DNA of 64,000 nt from Dehalococcoidia bacterium (GCA_963422525.1 OY730226.1:1982881-2046880); one strand, 5' to 3'. Counted from the first letter of the stretch, positions 28,786 to 37,401 are shown. The notes: generated from the letters alone by a model not told the origin. Program-made: numbers and translations.

Positions 28786-30390
28786 TTAATCGGGCTCGCG
28801 CGCCTGCCTATACTGCAGCGCCTCAGCGAGATGCGACACCCCGATGGCATCCCCACCCGACAGGTCTGCGATTGTGCGCGATACCTTCAGGATGCGATGA
28901 AACCCCCTCGCCGACAGGTTCATGCGGTTCATAGCCGTCTGCATCAGCCTCTTAGCGTCATCGTCCATCTGGCAGAAGTTCCAGACCTCGTTCGGTCCCA
29001 TCTCGGAGTTGTTCACCAGTCGGCTACCATTGAAGCGCCGCCGTTGGCTGCCAATCGCCACCTCCACGCGCTGCCGCACCTGCTGCGAGCATTCGGCGTC
29101 GTTCGGCCGCGTCAGTTTCTCATACTCCACTCGAGGCACCTCTACGAACAGGTCGATACGATCAAGCAGCGGGCCGCTGATCCGCTGACTGTAACGCGAA
29201 ATCTCACTAGGTCTGCACACGCATTGCTTCGCCAGGTCGTTACGGTAGCCGCATGGACACGGGTTACGCGCCGCGACCAGCATGAAGTTAGCAGGGTAGC
29301 TAATGCTTCCCTGCGCGCGGCTGATGGTTACGACACCGTCCTCGATCGGCTGTCGCAGCACTTCAAGCACACTGCGCCCGAACTCAGGCAGTTCGTCCAG
29401 GAACAGCACACCGCGATGGCTGAGCGTCACCTCACCCGGTCGCGGGATCCTGCCGCCGCCGACCAATCCCGCATTGGATATTGTGTAATGCGGCGCGCGG
29501 AACGGGCGCTCATCTATAAACGGCGACGACGCCGACAGCAGCCCACTCACGCTGTAAATCTTCGTAACATCTATGGCTTCTTCGTAAGTCATAGTCGGCA
29601 TGATGGTCGGAATGGCGCGCGCAAGCAACGTCTTGCCGCTGCCGGGCGGGCCGGTCATCAGTATATTGTGGCCTCCCGCCGCAGCGACCTCAAGCGCTCG
29701 CTTGGCGTGCTCCTGACCACGCACGTCGGCTAAATCAACATCCCTGCCGACGCGAACGCTTTCGTTCCGCCATTGCGCGCGACCGTTCGAGCCTGAAACA
29801 TCCTCCGCCACCGGCTCAATTCGGCCATCCTCCCGCAAATGCCGCACCAGATGACCAAGCGTCTCGACAGGGAATACGCGAATGTCCTCAACGAGCGCTG
29901 CTTCGCCCGCGTCGCATGCCGGCACGAACACCGAATCGAAGCCTTCATCGCGCGCTACGGCGACCATAGAAAGTATGCCGTTAGTATGCCGCAGCGTGCC
30001 GTCGAGCGACAATTCTCCGAGGTACATCGCGGACGATGGCGCGGCAGGCAGTTGCCCCGAGCTAATCAGCAACGCCAGCGCAATCGGCAGGTCGTAGGCG
30101 GGTCCCGCCTTCGGCAGGTCCGCCGGCGCCATATTCGCCGTAATGCGCCGCATCGGAAACTCACACCCTGAATTGCGTATCGCAGCGCGCACGCGCTCCC
30201 TTGCCTCCTGCACCGCAGCGTCCGGCAAACCCACAATCGTGAACCTAGGCAGCCCCGGTGAGATGTCAACCTCGACCTGAACGACAAACCCTTCCAGACC
30301 AACCACAGCGCAAGTGAAAGATTTCGCGAGCAAACGATAACCTCCGATTCGAATGAGCCTATACTTATCACCAATGGGGCTAGGCGTCAA
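28786..30390 (-). CDS. comM: YifB/ComM-family Mg-chelatase-like AAA+ ATPase
   Basis: N-terminal Lon-protease-like domain, Walker A MTGPPGSGKTLLA, Walker B VLFLDELPEF, and a C-terminal ChlI-like region. Confidence 0.9.
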   Translation of the reverse strand: MTPSPIGDKYRLIRIGGYRLLAKSFTCAVVGLEGFVVQVEVDISPGLPRFTIVGLPDAAVQEARERVRAAIRNSGCEFPMRRITANMAPADLPKAGPAYDLPIALALLISSGQLPAAPSSAMYLGELSLDGTLRHTNGILSMVAVARDEGFDSVFVPACDAGEAALVEDIRVFPVETLGHLVRHLREDGRIEPVAEDVSGSNGRAQWRNESVRVGRDVDLADVRGQEHAKRALEVAAAGGHNILMTGPPGSGKTLLARAIPTIMPTMTYEEAIDVTKIYSVSGLLSASSPFIDERPFRAPHYTISNAGLVGGGRIPRPGEVTLSHRGVLFLDELPEFGRSVLEVLRQPIEDGVVTISRAQGSISYPANFMLVAARNPCPCGYRNDLAKQCVCRPSEISRYSQRISGPLLDRIDLFVEVPRVEYEKLTRPNDAECSQQVRQRVEVAIGSQRRRFNGSRLVNNSEMGPNEVWNFCQMDDDAKRLMQTAMNRMNLSARGFHRILKVSRTIADLSGGDAIGVSHLAEALQYRQAREPD

Positions 30391-30495
30391 ATGGGAGGGC
30401 TTAACTTATCAGTCGGTCGGCGGAAAATGAGTGTTCTTAAAGCGGGCATTCTTATGGATGCCCACTTTGTGTTTTCCTACATGACGGCAATTGCG

Positions 30496-33039
30496 CTAGG
30501 CATTATACACGCCATCCAAGTTCGCTAACACGCCTGAAAACTCATCCTCGCTGAACACAAGCTTAAAAGTGCCTTTCGCAGGACCTTCTCTAACCGTCAT
30601 ATTTCCGTAATTGTTGTAAGCGTTTTGAAGAGTTTCCAGCACGCGTTCCTTGTAATCGGTGTCAGGGCTGTCGCGCAGATGCGCGCCTTTCGTCTCGAAC
30701 ACCAGCACATGCGGCTTTCCGTCGGTTTCGCCGCCCATAGCGACGAAGTCCGGCCAGATGCGATCTCGCTTCCAGCCGCGCAGATAGTAATCACCCTGCT
30801 GCCGCACGGCGACTCGATGCCACCAACGCAGCGCTTTATGCTCGTCGAGGTAACGCGCGAAACTGCGCTCAAGATTGGAGTCGAACTGCTGAGTGTACAC
30901 AGGCTCGAACAGGCTAAGCTGTAGCGCCGACGTCCCGCCTTTTCCCGTCATCAACCCAGCATCTACAGGCGCAGGTATGTCGTAGCGCTCCACCATGCGG
31001 AAGTTAGGTTTGCCGTCTTCCAATTTTAAGTCAAAGCGGATTTCGCCCCGGCTAAGTTTGCCGCGAAATGCCCGTTCAGCCTGCTTTTCCAGCGCATCGG
31101 TTACATAGTCGCGCAACGCAAACGCCAGATATGAACGCTTGTCGTAGATCTCATCATCAGCGTCGCCGCCGGCGCGCAGTTTTTCAACCAACTTCTGCGC
31201 GATGCGCGCCGCCTGCCACGGGTTCGGCACAACATCGGACAAACGGCGCGCAAACCATGTTATCTGCACCGTCTTGTCAATATACAACTCGCGGTCGGCG
31301 TGAAACATCGGCAGAGCGTCTCCCACATCAACCGTCGCCGACTGCCACTTGGCACCGTCCCCAAAGCTGTTTTGCAGATCTGAAACCTCAATAGCGCTCC
31401 AGTCTATGCTCGGCAGGATGTGACTCTGGTAATCCAACTCGCGCCATCCGCCATTATCCTCGTGCATCACCTTCGGCAAAAATATATCCGCGTTCTTGAA
31501 CCGCTCACGCCGCTTTACGGTAACTCGCTGAAAATCATCCGCATTGCTGGTTACCGCGTCGCCCAATCCGTCCAACCCTTCCTGCTCCAACCCCAATTTG
31601 ACATGCTCGACGGCGACGCCCACCTGTGTGTTGTGGCAATACACATAGCACTGGTCAAGGGGCTCTCGTCTTGTGCGCTGGGCGTGCGGCTGACGCATCA
31701 CGCGTCCCACAAGCTGCGTTATGGCGGTTTTCGCACGCGTGTTGTCCAGCATCACCAGCAAGTACGCGAATGGGCAGTCCCATCCCTCTTTCAGCGCGTC
31801 CTTAGTGATTATCCAGCGCACCGGCGAAAACTCCGACAGCAAGTCCAGTCCTGCGATTTCGTCCGTCTGAGACGATTTGACCTTCACGGCTTCAGCGGCA
31901 ACGCCCAAGTTCTGGATCAAGTAGTCACGCGCATCCTCGGAGTGAATGCGGTCTCCGTCGCGCTGATTCTTGCCGGTGCGTTCCACGCGCACTACGGCGA
32001 TAGGGCGAATGTACCTTCCTTCGCTCTGTTGCAACGACTGCGCCTCATCGTTAAGCCGTTCAAGCTCATCGTGCGCCTGCTGCAGCGTGTAATGCCAATC
32101 GGCGTTAGTGAAGGATGTCACCTGCACCGGCAGTTTTATCATCTCCTCCTGTTTCAATTCTACGCCGCTGATGTCCACCAGCAGGTTGCTAATTCCCCGA
32201 TTGGGCGTAGCGCTCAATTCAATGACGAGACGAGGATCGATACGATTGACGGAGCGCGCGAACTCTCTTTGCGTCTTATCGGATTTTCCATAAGCCTTGT
32301 GCGCCTCGTCGAGAATGACTACGGGACGCAGCATTTTGAACACATTGAATAGGCTGTGCTTTACAGGTCCGCCCTGTGAAGATCGATCCAGATCCGGATA
32401 ATCCTTTAGAAGGCTGCCATCCCCAAGCAAGTCATCGCTATCCGGGAACAGCGTGGGATAGCGCCCCGAATCTCGGAACATTCGCAGAAACTCTCTGCCC
32501 TTCTGACGATTGGCGGCCGGCAACATCAGCAGCATCACGCACATATAGTTAGCAGTGTCCGCCAGCGTGAACGGCTCGTCCTTTTCCAGAAGTTTCACTC
32601 GACCGCCGCTGCCGCGCTCCAGCATCTGCCGATAGGGATGTTCTCGATTCCAGAGGGCGGCTTTGGTCTGCTCGTATATGGCGCGACTCGGAGTTATCCA
32701 CAGCGTAAGCCCCGTCGGACGGTTCAGTCGTTCCAGCGTCGCAGCGGCGAGCAGTGTCTTGCCTCCGCCGGTCGGCACTTTAAGGCATGCATGCGGAATA
32801 GGACGACCGGCTTCATCGGTGCGGCTCACATATTCGCCGGCGCTCTCCGCAACGCCGCCGGAATCCGCCAATCGTTTCCATGCGCTTTTGGGATAGTTAC
32901 GCACATCATCCGGGACGTCCAGGCCGGCGGCTTGCAAGGCTGTTACGGCGGTTTTCGCTTGCAGCCGCGCCGTCTCCAGCGCGTCGCGCCAGCGCGTGAA
33001 AGATTCCAAGGCAGCGAGCTGATACTCTTTCAGTTCCAT
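30496..33039 (-). CDS. res: type III-like restriction enzyme Res subunit (SF2 DEAH helicase with C-terminal PD-(D/E)xK nuclease)
   Basis: Helicase motifs VPTGGGKT (I), VILDEAHKA (II), ELSATP (III) and QLVGRVMRQP (VI). The C-terminus carries WPDFVAM...VLVFETKG, a PD...ExK nuclease motif. Confidence 0.85.
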   Translation of the reverse strand: MELKEYQLAALESFTRWRDALETARLQAKTAVTALQAAGLDVPDDVRNYPKSAWKRLADSGGVAESAGEYVSRTDEAGRPIPHACLKVPTGGGKTLLAAATLERLNRPTGLTLWITPSRAIYEQTKAALWNREHPYRQMLERGSGGRVKLLEKDEPFTLADTANYMCVMLLMLPAANRQKGREFLRMFRDSGRYPTLFPDSDDLLGDGSLLKDYPDLDRSSQGGPVKHSLFNVFKMLRPVVILDEAHKAYGKSDKTQREFARSVNRIDPRLVIELSATPNRGISNLLVDISGVELKQEEMIKLPVQVTSFTNADWHYTLQQAHDELERLNDEAQSLQQSEGRYIRPIAVVRVERTGKNQRDGDRIHSEDARDYLIQNLGVAAEAVKVKSSQTDEIAGLDLLSEFSPVRWIITKDALKEGWDCPFAYLLVMLDNTRAKTAITQLVGRVMRQPHAQRTRREPLDQCYVYCHNTQVGVAVEHVKLGLEQEGLDGLGDAVTSNADDFQRVTVKRRERFKNADIFLPKVMHEDNGGWRELDYQSHILPSIDWSAIEVSDLQNSFGDGAKWQSATVDVGDALPMFHADRELYIDKTVQITWFARRLSDVVPNPWQAARIAQKLVEKLRAGGDADDEIYDKRSYLAFALRDYVTDALEKQAERAFRGKLSRGEIRFDLKLEDGKPNFRMVERYDIPAPVDAGLMTGKGGTSALQLSLFEPVYTQQFDSNLERSFARYLDEHKALRWWHRVAVRQQGDYYLRGWKRDRIWPDFVAMGGETDGKPHVLVFETKGAHLRDSPDTDYKERVLETLQNAYNNYGNMTVREGPAKGTFKLVFSEDEFSGVLANLDGVYNA

Positions 33040-33051
33040 CGTCTATCACTC

Positions 33052-33276
33052 TTACTCTTCGGGCTTCCGCTGCGGTTCGGCAAGCGAAATACCCATCTCG
33101 CGGGCGCGCCGCTCCAAACGTTCTTCACGCTCAGCAATCTCCTGATACGCCCGCGCGTAACCTTGTTTGACCCCCGCTTCGATACCCCTTTCGATACCTT
33201 CTTCAATCCCTTCTTCGCGCGCCTCCAACCACAACTTTCTGCGCCATTTACGCCTTTGATCAAGCGCCCAAAACAT
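33052..33276 (-). CDS. truncated duplicate of the C-terminal coiled-coil half of the 148-aa protein
   Basis: 74 aa, nearly identical to residues ~71-148 of the 33383..33829 product but lacking the TM region and one GIEx unit. Probably a by-product of the duplication. Confidence 0.35.
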   Translation of the reverse strand: MFWALDQRRKWRRKLWLEAREEGIEEGIERGIEAGVKQGYARAYQEIAEREERLERRAREMGISLAEPQRKPEE

Positions 33277-33280
33277 AAGC

Positions 33281-33370
33281 CTAACTCCTCTTCACCTGCA
33301 CCTTATCCAGCGCATTGCGCCAGCGCATGAAAGATTCCAAGGCAGCTATCTGATACTCTTTCAGTTCCAT
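33281..33370 (-). pseudogene. orphan duplicated res 5' fragment
   Basis: Encodes MELKEYQIAALESFMRWRNALDKVQVKRS*. The first ~21 codons match the res N-terminus MELKEYQLAALESFTRWRDAL. Confidence 0.6.
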
Positions 33371-33382
33371 CGTCTATCGCTC

Positions 33383-33829
33383 TTACTCCTCCCGCTTCCG
33401 CTGCGGTTCGGCAAGCGAAATGCCCATCTCGCGGGCGCGCCGCTCCAAACGTTCTTCACGCTCAGCAATCTCCTGATACGCCTGCGCGTAACCTTGTTTG
33501 ACCCCCGCTTCGATACCCTTTTCGATACCCCTTTCGATACCCTCTTCAATCCCCTCTTCGCGCGCCTCCAACCACAACTTTCTGCGCCATTTACGCCTTT
33601 GATCAAGCGCCCAAAACATAAGCCTAACTCCTCCCTCAGTCAGCACGGCGATCATCCCGTACAACGCTACCCCCAAGTCCACCAGCGTCGCCGCAGTCCG
33701 CAAACTTGCTTGCGTCTGCCATACTCCCTGCTCCGACCAGTATGTCAACAGGGCCGTCACCGCGAACACTCCGAAAGGGACGAACATCGCATGACGGCGA
33801 ATCCAACGCGTCTCATCTGAACCGTCCAT
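33383..33829 (-). CDS. small membrane protein with charged coiled-coil tail containing GIEx tetrapeptide repeats
   Basis: Two hydrophobic helices, then KWRRKLWLEAREEGIEEGIERGIEKGIEAGVKQGY..EREERLERRAREMG. Its stop lies 12 nt upstream of the duplicated res start. Confidence 0.5.
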   Translation of the reverse strand: MDGSDETRWIRRHAMFVPFGVFAVTALLTYWSEQGVWQTQASLRTAATLVDLGVALYGMIAVLTEGGVRLMFWALDQRRKWRRKLWLEAREEGIEEGIERGIEKGIEAGVKQGYAQAYQEIAEREERLERRAREMGISLAEPQRKREE

Positions 33830-33923
33830 AGTCCAACCAGTATAACATCATCACAATACCTACACTTCATCACATGCGCGCCGACACATCAACAAGATCC
33901 GCTTCTCGCTCCTTAACCCCCCG

Positions 33924-33995
33924 TCAGATGCATCTCATACGGAAGCTGGCAGAAGGCTACTCCCATTGCAGTGAGCTCGCACTGACCGATACTTC
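33924..33995 (-). pseudogene. relic copy of the mod 3' end
   Basis: 33928-33995 aligns to mod 34497-34566 with 8 mismatches and a 2-nt gap (~86% identity). It encodes ..IGQCELTAMGVAFCQLPYEMH.. versus the Mod C-terminus YIGQRELTAMGITFCQLPYEMHR*. It abuts the hicA stop. Confidence 0.7.
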
Positions 33996-34215
33996 AAAGA
34001 GCAACGCAAAACTCACTAACCGTGAGCCCCGCAGCACGAATAAGGCTTCGTAGAGTACCCTTAGCGATTGTCCGAGAATTTGGCACAGAAAGAGTGGCGT
34101 GTTCACCTGATTTAGTTAGGATTATATGACTGCCTCGTTGCCGCGCGACATTCCAGCCGAAGCGTTGAAAATTGCGCGCCGTTTGCGCTCCGCTGAGCGT
34201 AAGCAGTTGCGGCAT
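33994..34215 (-). CDS. hicA: HicA-family mRNA interferase toxin
   Basis: The 73-aa sequence LSGAQTARNFQRFGWNVARQRGSHIILTK..TLSVPNSRTIAKGTLRSLIRAAGL is the YcfA/HicA signature. The ATG overlaps the hicB TAA (TAATG). Confidence 0.85.
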   Translation of the reverse strand: MPQLLTLSGAQTARNFQRFGWNVARQRGSHIILTKSGEHATLSVPNSRTIAKGTLRSLIRAAGLTVSEFCVAL

Positions 34216-34421
34216 TACACCATCACTTCCAGCTGGCGCGTCTCAATAGTAAGCGGCATACCTTGCTCTGCTCTCACCTCAATGCAATCAACTATCGCCT
34301 GCCGTATGTTCTCCAAAGCTTCATCTTTGGTTATGCCTTGGCTAACGCAACCGGGGATAGACGGGCATTCAACAATCCAAACGCCATCCTCGTCCCTGTC
34401 TAATGTTACGGTTAGTTTCAT
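34215..34421 (-). CDS. hicB: HicB-family antitoxin
   Basis: MKLTVTLDRDEDGVWIVECPSIPGCVSQGITKDEALENIRQAI matches the HicB N-terminal RNase H-like fold. A GGAGG SD lies 6 nt upstream of the ATG at 34421. Confidence 0.85.
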   Translation of the reverse strand: MKLTVTLDRDEDGVWIVECPSIPGCVSQGITKDEALENIRQAIVDCIEVRAEQGMPLTIETRQLEVMV

Positions 34422-34490
34422 TGAGCGCCTCCCTGAGCGCGGTGTACGCATTTATCTGTGGCAAGATAATAGCACAACCCATTGCTACTC

Positions 34491-36409
34491 TCACCTATGC
34501 ATCTCATACGGAAGCTGGCAGAATGTTATCCCCATCGCCGTAAGCTCGCGCTGACCGATGTACTTCCCCGGCGCAAACACGACCGCCTGCCTGCCATTCC
34601 CGCGACCGGCGCTAATGCGCCTTGCTCGCTCCGCGTTCAGCATCGCCTCATTGCCGCCCAGCCAGCCGACATCAGCCTCATACAGCAGGTAATAGTCCGT
34701 GGTTTCACTCCTATAAAACAGCCCGTCCTCGTTCTGCGGCGACAGCGAGGCTTCGCCGGCTGACACCCCCGACGCCGTGTGCAGCAGGTACGCCGCCAGC
34801 GCAGAGTACGATGGCAGCGCATCCCCCGTCAGCATCGACTCAACATCTATCGGCTCGCCCAGTTCGCAGTAGGTAAACGACCCGCCAAGCCCTTCTTGCA
34901 GCGACTTGTCACGCGCGTTGGGAACGCCATTGATGACCCGCTGCACGCGTTCGGCGGTAATGGTGTCTGCGTAGTCCTCGCACTCTACGAGTATGAACTT
35001 GCGGCTGCCGCCATCCTCTTTGTTGAGCGCAAGCACGGCGTGCGCTGTTGTGCCGCTGCCCGCGAACGAGTCGAGGATGATGTCGCTCTTATCCGACCCT
35101 ATCCGCAAAATCTGCTGAACCAAAGTATGCGGCTTCGGGTTCTGGAAAGGGCTGTCACTATCATCGAATATCTGCAAGACGATCCTGCGTGCATTCGTGG
35201 TGCTTCCAACCGCATCGTTTCCCCAAATGGTTATTGGAACTACGCCTTGCTGCACATCTTGCAAGTATCGTTTTAGCTGCGGTCTGCCGTCTCCATTTTT
35301 GCCGAAATAGATGCGCTTGTCCGCAAGCCAAGCAGCCATCGTTTCTCGATTAGTAATCCAGCATCTCCCCAGAGGTGGATTATGCACTTCACCTGTATTG
35401 GGATTTGTGAGCGGATAGTCGTAATCCGAGGTGTAGGATTTTACGCTTAAATTATCTGTCGCCCATAATCCTCGCCCATCGTGGTCGTCATGCCGATATG
35501 CTTTATTATGGGCGTCCGTGCGAGGCAACAAGTTGCGCCGCCAACCGACAGCGTCATCCTTTGTTTGTATTCGACGCTTGGCGTAGCACAGAACGAAGTC
35601 GTGGTTATCAGAGAAGTACTTGGCGTCATTCTGCGGGCTGTTCTTCTTCTGCCAGATGATGTTCGTTACAAAATTATCAGCCCCAAAAATCTCATCCATC
35701 ATCATGCGCAGGTGATGCTGCTCGTTGTCGTCTATGGATATGAATATAGCGCCATCGTCCGACAGCAGCTCCCGCAGCAGATGCAGCCTCGGCCACATCA
35801 TGCACAGCCACTTGTCGTGCCGTTCCAAATCCTCCCCGTCAACCGGCCTGTTCTCCGCAAGCCACTGCCGCATCAGCGGGCTGTTCACGCGGTCGTTATA
35901 GACCCACCCTTCTTTGCCGGTGTTGTACGGCGGGTCTATGTAGATGCACTTGACGCGCCCGGCGTAGCGCGGCAGCAGCGCCTTGAGCGCGTGCAGGTTG
36001 TCGCCGTGGATTATTAGGTTGTCGTCAGTCAAGCCTTCAGATAAAATATCATGACCGACCGACCGACCGACCGACCGACCGACCGACCGACCGACCGACC
36101 GACCGACCGACCGACCGACCGACCGACCGACCGACCGACCGACCGACCGACCGACCGACCGACCGACCGACCGACCGACCGACCGACCGACCGACCGACC
36201 GACCGACCGACCGACCGACCGACCGACCGACCGACCGACCGACCGACCGACCGACCGACCGACCTCATCGCCTTTGAAAGAACATTTGCACTATCAGGCG
36301 GCCGAGAACCAAGAACCGACCTCTCCGCGTCCGGCTCCAACGGGCGGTATGGCACACTCAAATGGTGCGCGTAAATGTGCTGTTTCCCCTTAAAGTCCAG
36401 CGTAGGCAT
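34491..36409 (-). CDS. mod: type III-like beta-class DNA methyltransferase Mod, split into two reading frames by an internal tetranucleotide repeat tract
   Basis: The N-terminal piece (36409..36029, GAGGAG SD) encodes MPTLDFKGKQHIYAHHLSVPYRPLEPD.., a Mod-type LxWxGK N-terminus, followed by (RSVG)n. The catalytic piece (36032..34491, TTG) encodes NLIIHGDNLHALKALLPRYAGRVKCIYIDPPYNTG (motif IV) followed by DSFAGSGTTAHAV (motif I). The frames differ by one 4-nt unit. Confidence 0.85.
36053..36264. repeat. perfect simple sequence repeat (GACC)53, which is (GGTC)53 on the coding strand
   Basis: 212 nt of uninterrupted 4-nt periodicity, counted from the sequence and confirmed by the 17.5 TDRP units of the + strand shadow ORF. 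Flanked by TCAT on both sides. Confidence 0.98.
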
Positions 36410-36593
36410 ACTTCGCTCCTCTAATCCTCAGCAGTCTGATAACGCTCTATCTTGACCGCCGCCCACCAAAATCGAAAGCGAACCTGCGGTTTCCGGTTCA
36501 TTTCTGCGTGTCCGAATGCCCATAGCAGCCGGCGTGTGAACTCTGTAGAACTATTCGACGATCATTGCCGGCTCCGCGCGGATAAGATGTGTT

Positions 36594-37364
36594 CTAGCCG
36601 ATGACGGCGACAGGCTTGAAGCGGTCGAACTCAGGCGGCAGCAACGGCAAAATTTGCTCCGGCGACATGCCGTACACATCGTAGTTCATGTAGAGCTGAT
36701 CCAGCACATCTATGAGGCGCACAACACCGCCGGACGGACGCTGATTGCCGCCGCCGCCCGCAACACCCTGCTTCAACTTGCGTGTCCGGGGGTCAGCGTA
36801 AAGCAGATGCGCCAACTGGATAACGCCCTTCGAGCGAAATGCTTCCGGTTTGCCCACCAGCCTGTCGGTGAAATGCGTGAGAGAGTTCACAGGTTCGTCC
36901 AGCATATACCAAGCGCTGCGTTGATGATGAAAATATATCTCGTAGGAAAGCATCAGCCTATGGGCAAAGCGCCGTTTCTCACCGCGTCCTTCCGCGCTAG
37001 GATCTGTAACAAAAGGCACATCGCTGCTACCCAAGCGCGGGTTGCCGTCCGCATCCTTGCGCGCCACCGTATCGAAGTAGAACATCCCCAGCCACGACCA
37101 CAGCCGATAGTTTTCGATGACCCGCGACGCAGGCAGCGGGCTGAGACGCTCCATCAAGTACAACGCAGCTTCGCGGCGTGTATCGAAACGCTGCCGCTCT
37201 ACATACACAGCCGGCTCCACCCATTCGGCGTGCAGAGAGTTCGTCAGCAACGAGTCCGGGAACGGGCTATATTTGCCCTCGCGCAACGACGCTAAGTAAT
37301 CCTTGGCGACGCGAATGCCCACATCTGTCAGTTCCCGAACCCTATAAGATTGTTGAGTAGTCAT
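36594..37364 (-). CDS. uncharacterised protein, tandem paralog A (256 aa)
   Basis: Shares its N-terminal ~110 aa (..LSPLPASRVIENYRLWSWLGMFYFDTVARKDADGNPRLG) and C-terminal ~45 aa (..RLIDVL.QL.MNYDVYGMSPEQILPLLPPEFDRFKP) with paralogs B and C. The central region is divergent. Confidence 0.8.
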   Translation of the reverse strand: MTTQQSYRVRELTDVGIRVAKDYLASLREGKYSPFPDSLLTNSLHAEWVEPAVYVERQRFDTRREAALYLMERLSPLPASRVIENYRLWSWLGMFYFDTVARKDADGNPRLGSSDVPFVTDPSAEGRGEKRRFAHRLMLSYEIYFHHQRSAWYMLDEPVNSLTHFTDRLVGKPEAFRSKGVIQLAHLLYADPRTRKLKQGVAGGGGNQRPSGGVVRLIDVLDQLYMNYDVYGMSPEQILPLLPPEFDRFKPVAVIG

Positions 37365-37401
37365 TGCTGTGCCTCGCGCCGGTTTTTGGATTGTCCCCGC
37401 A

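Larger units (their letters stand above)
32975..33633. repeat. tandem duplication (copy I 32975-33290, copy II 33306-33633) spanning the res start and the 3' half of the upstream small gene
   Basis: Direct repeat offset of 331 nt (res ATG 33039 versus pseudo-ATG 33370). The copies differ by scattered SNPs and one 12-nt indel. Confidence 0.85.

Noticed and set aside
36053-36264. Possible CRISPR array (also considered for the 16858-16950 repeats)
   Set aside because: The 4-nt unit has no spacers, so it is a simple sequence repeat. The 26-27-nt repeats are contiguous with no unique spacers and no cas genes.
36051-36374. 107-aa + strand ORF encoding (TDRP)n
   Set aside because: It is simply the opposite-strand reading of the GACC repeat tract inside mod. 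It has no SD and no independent support.
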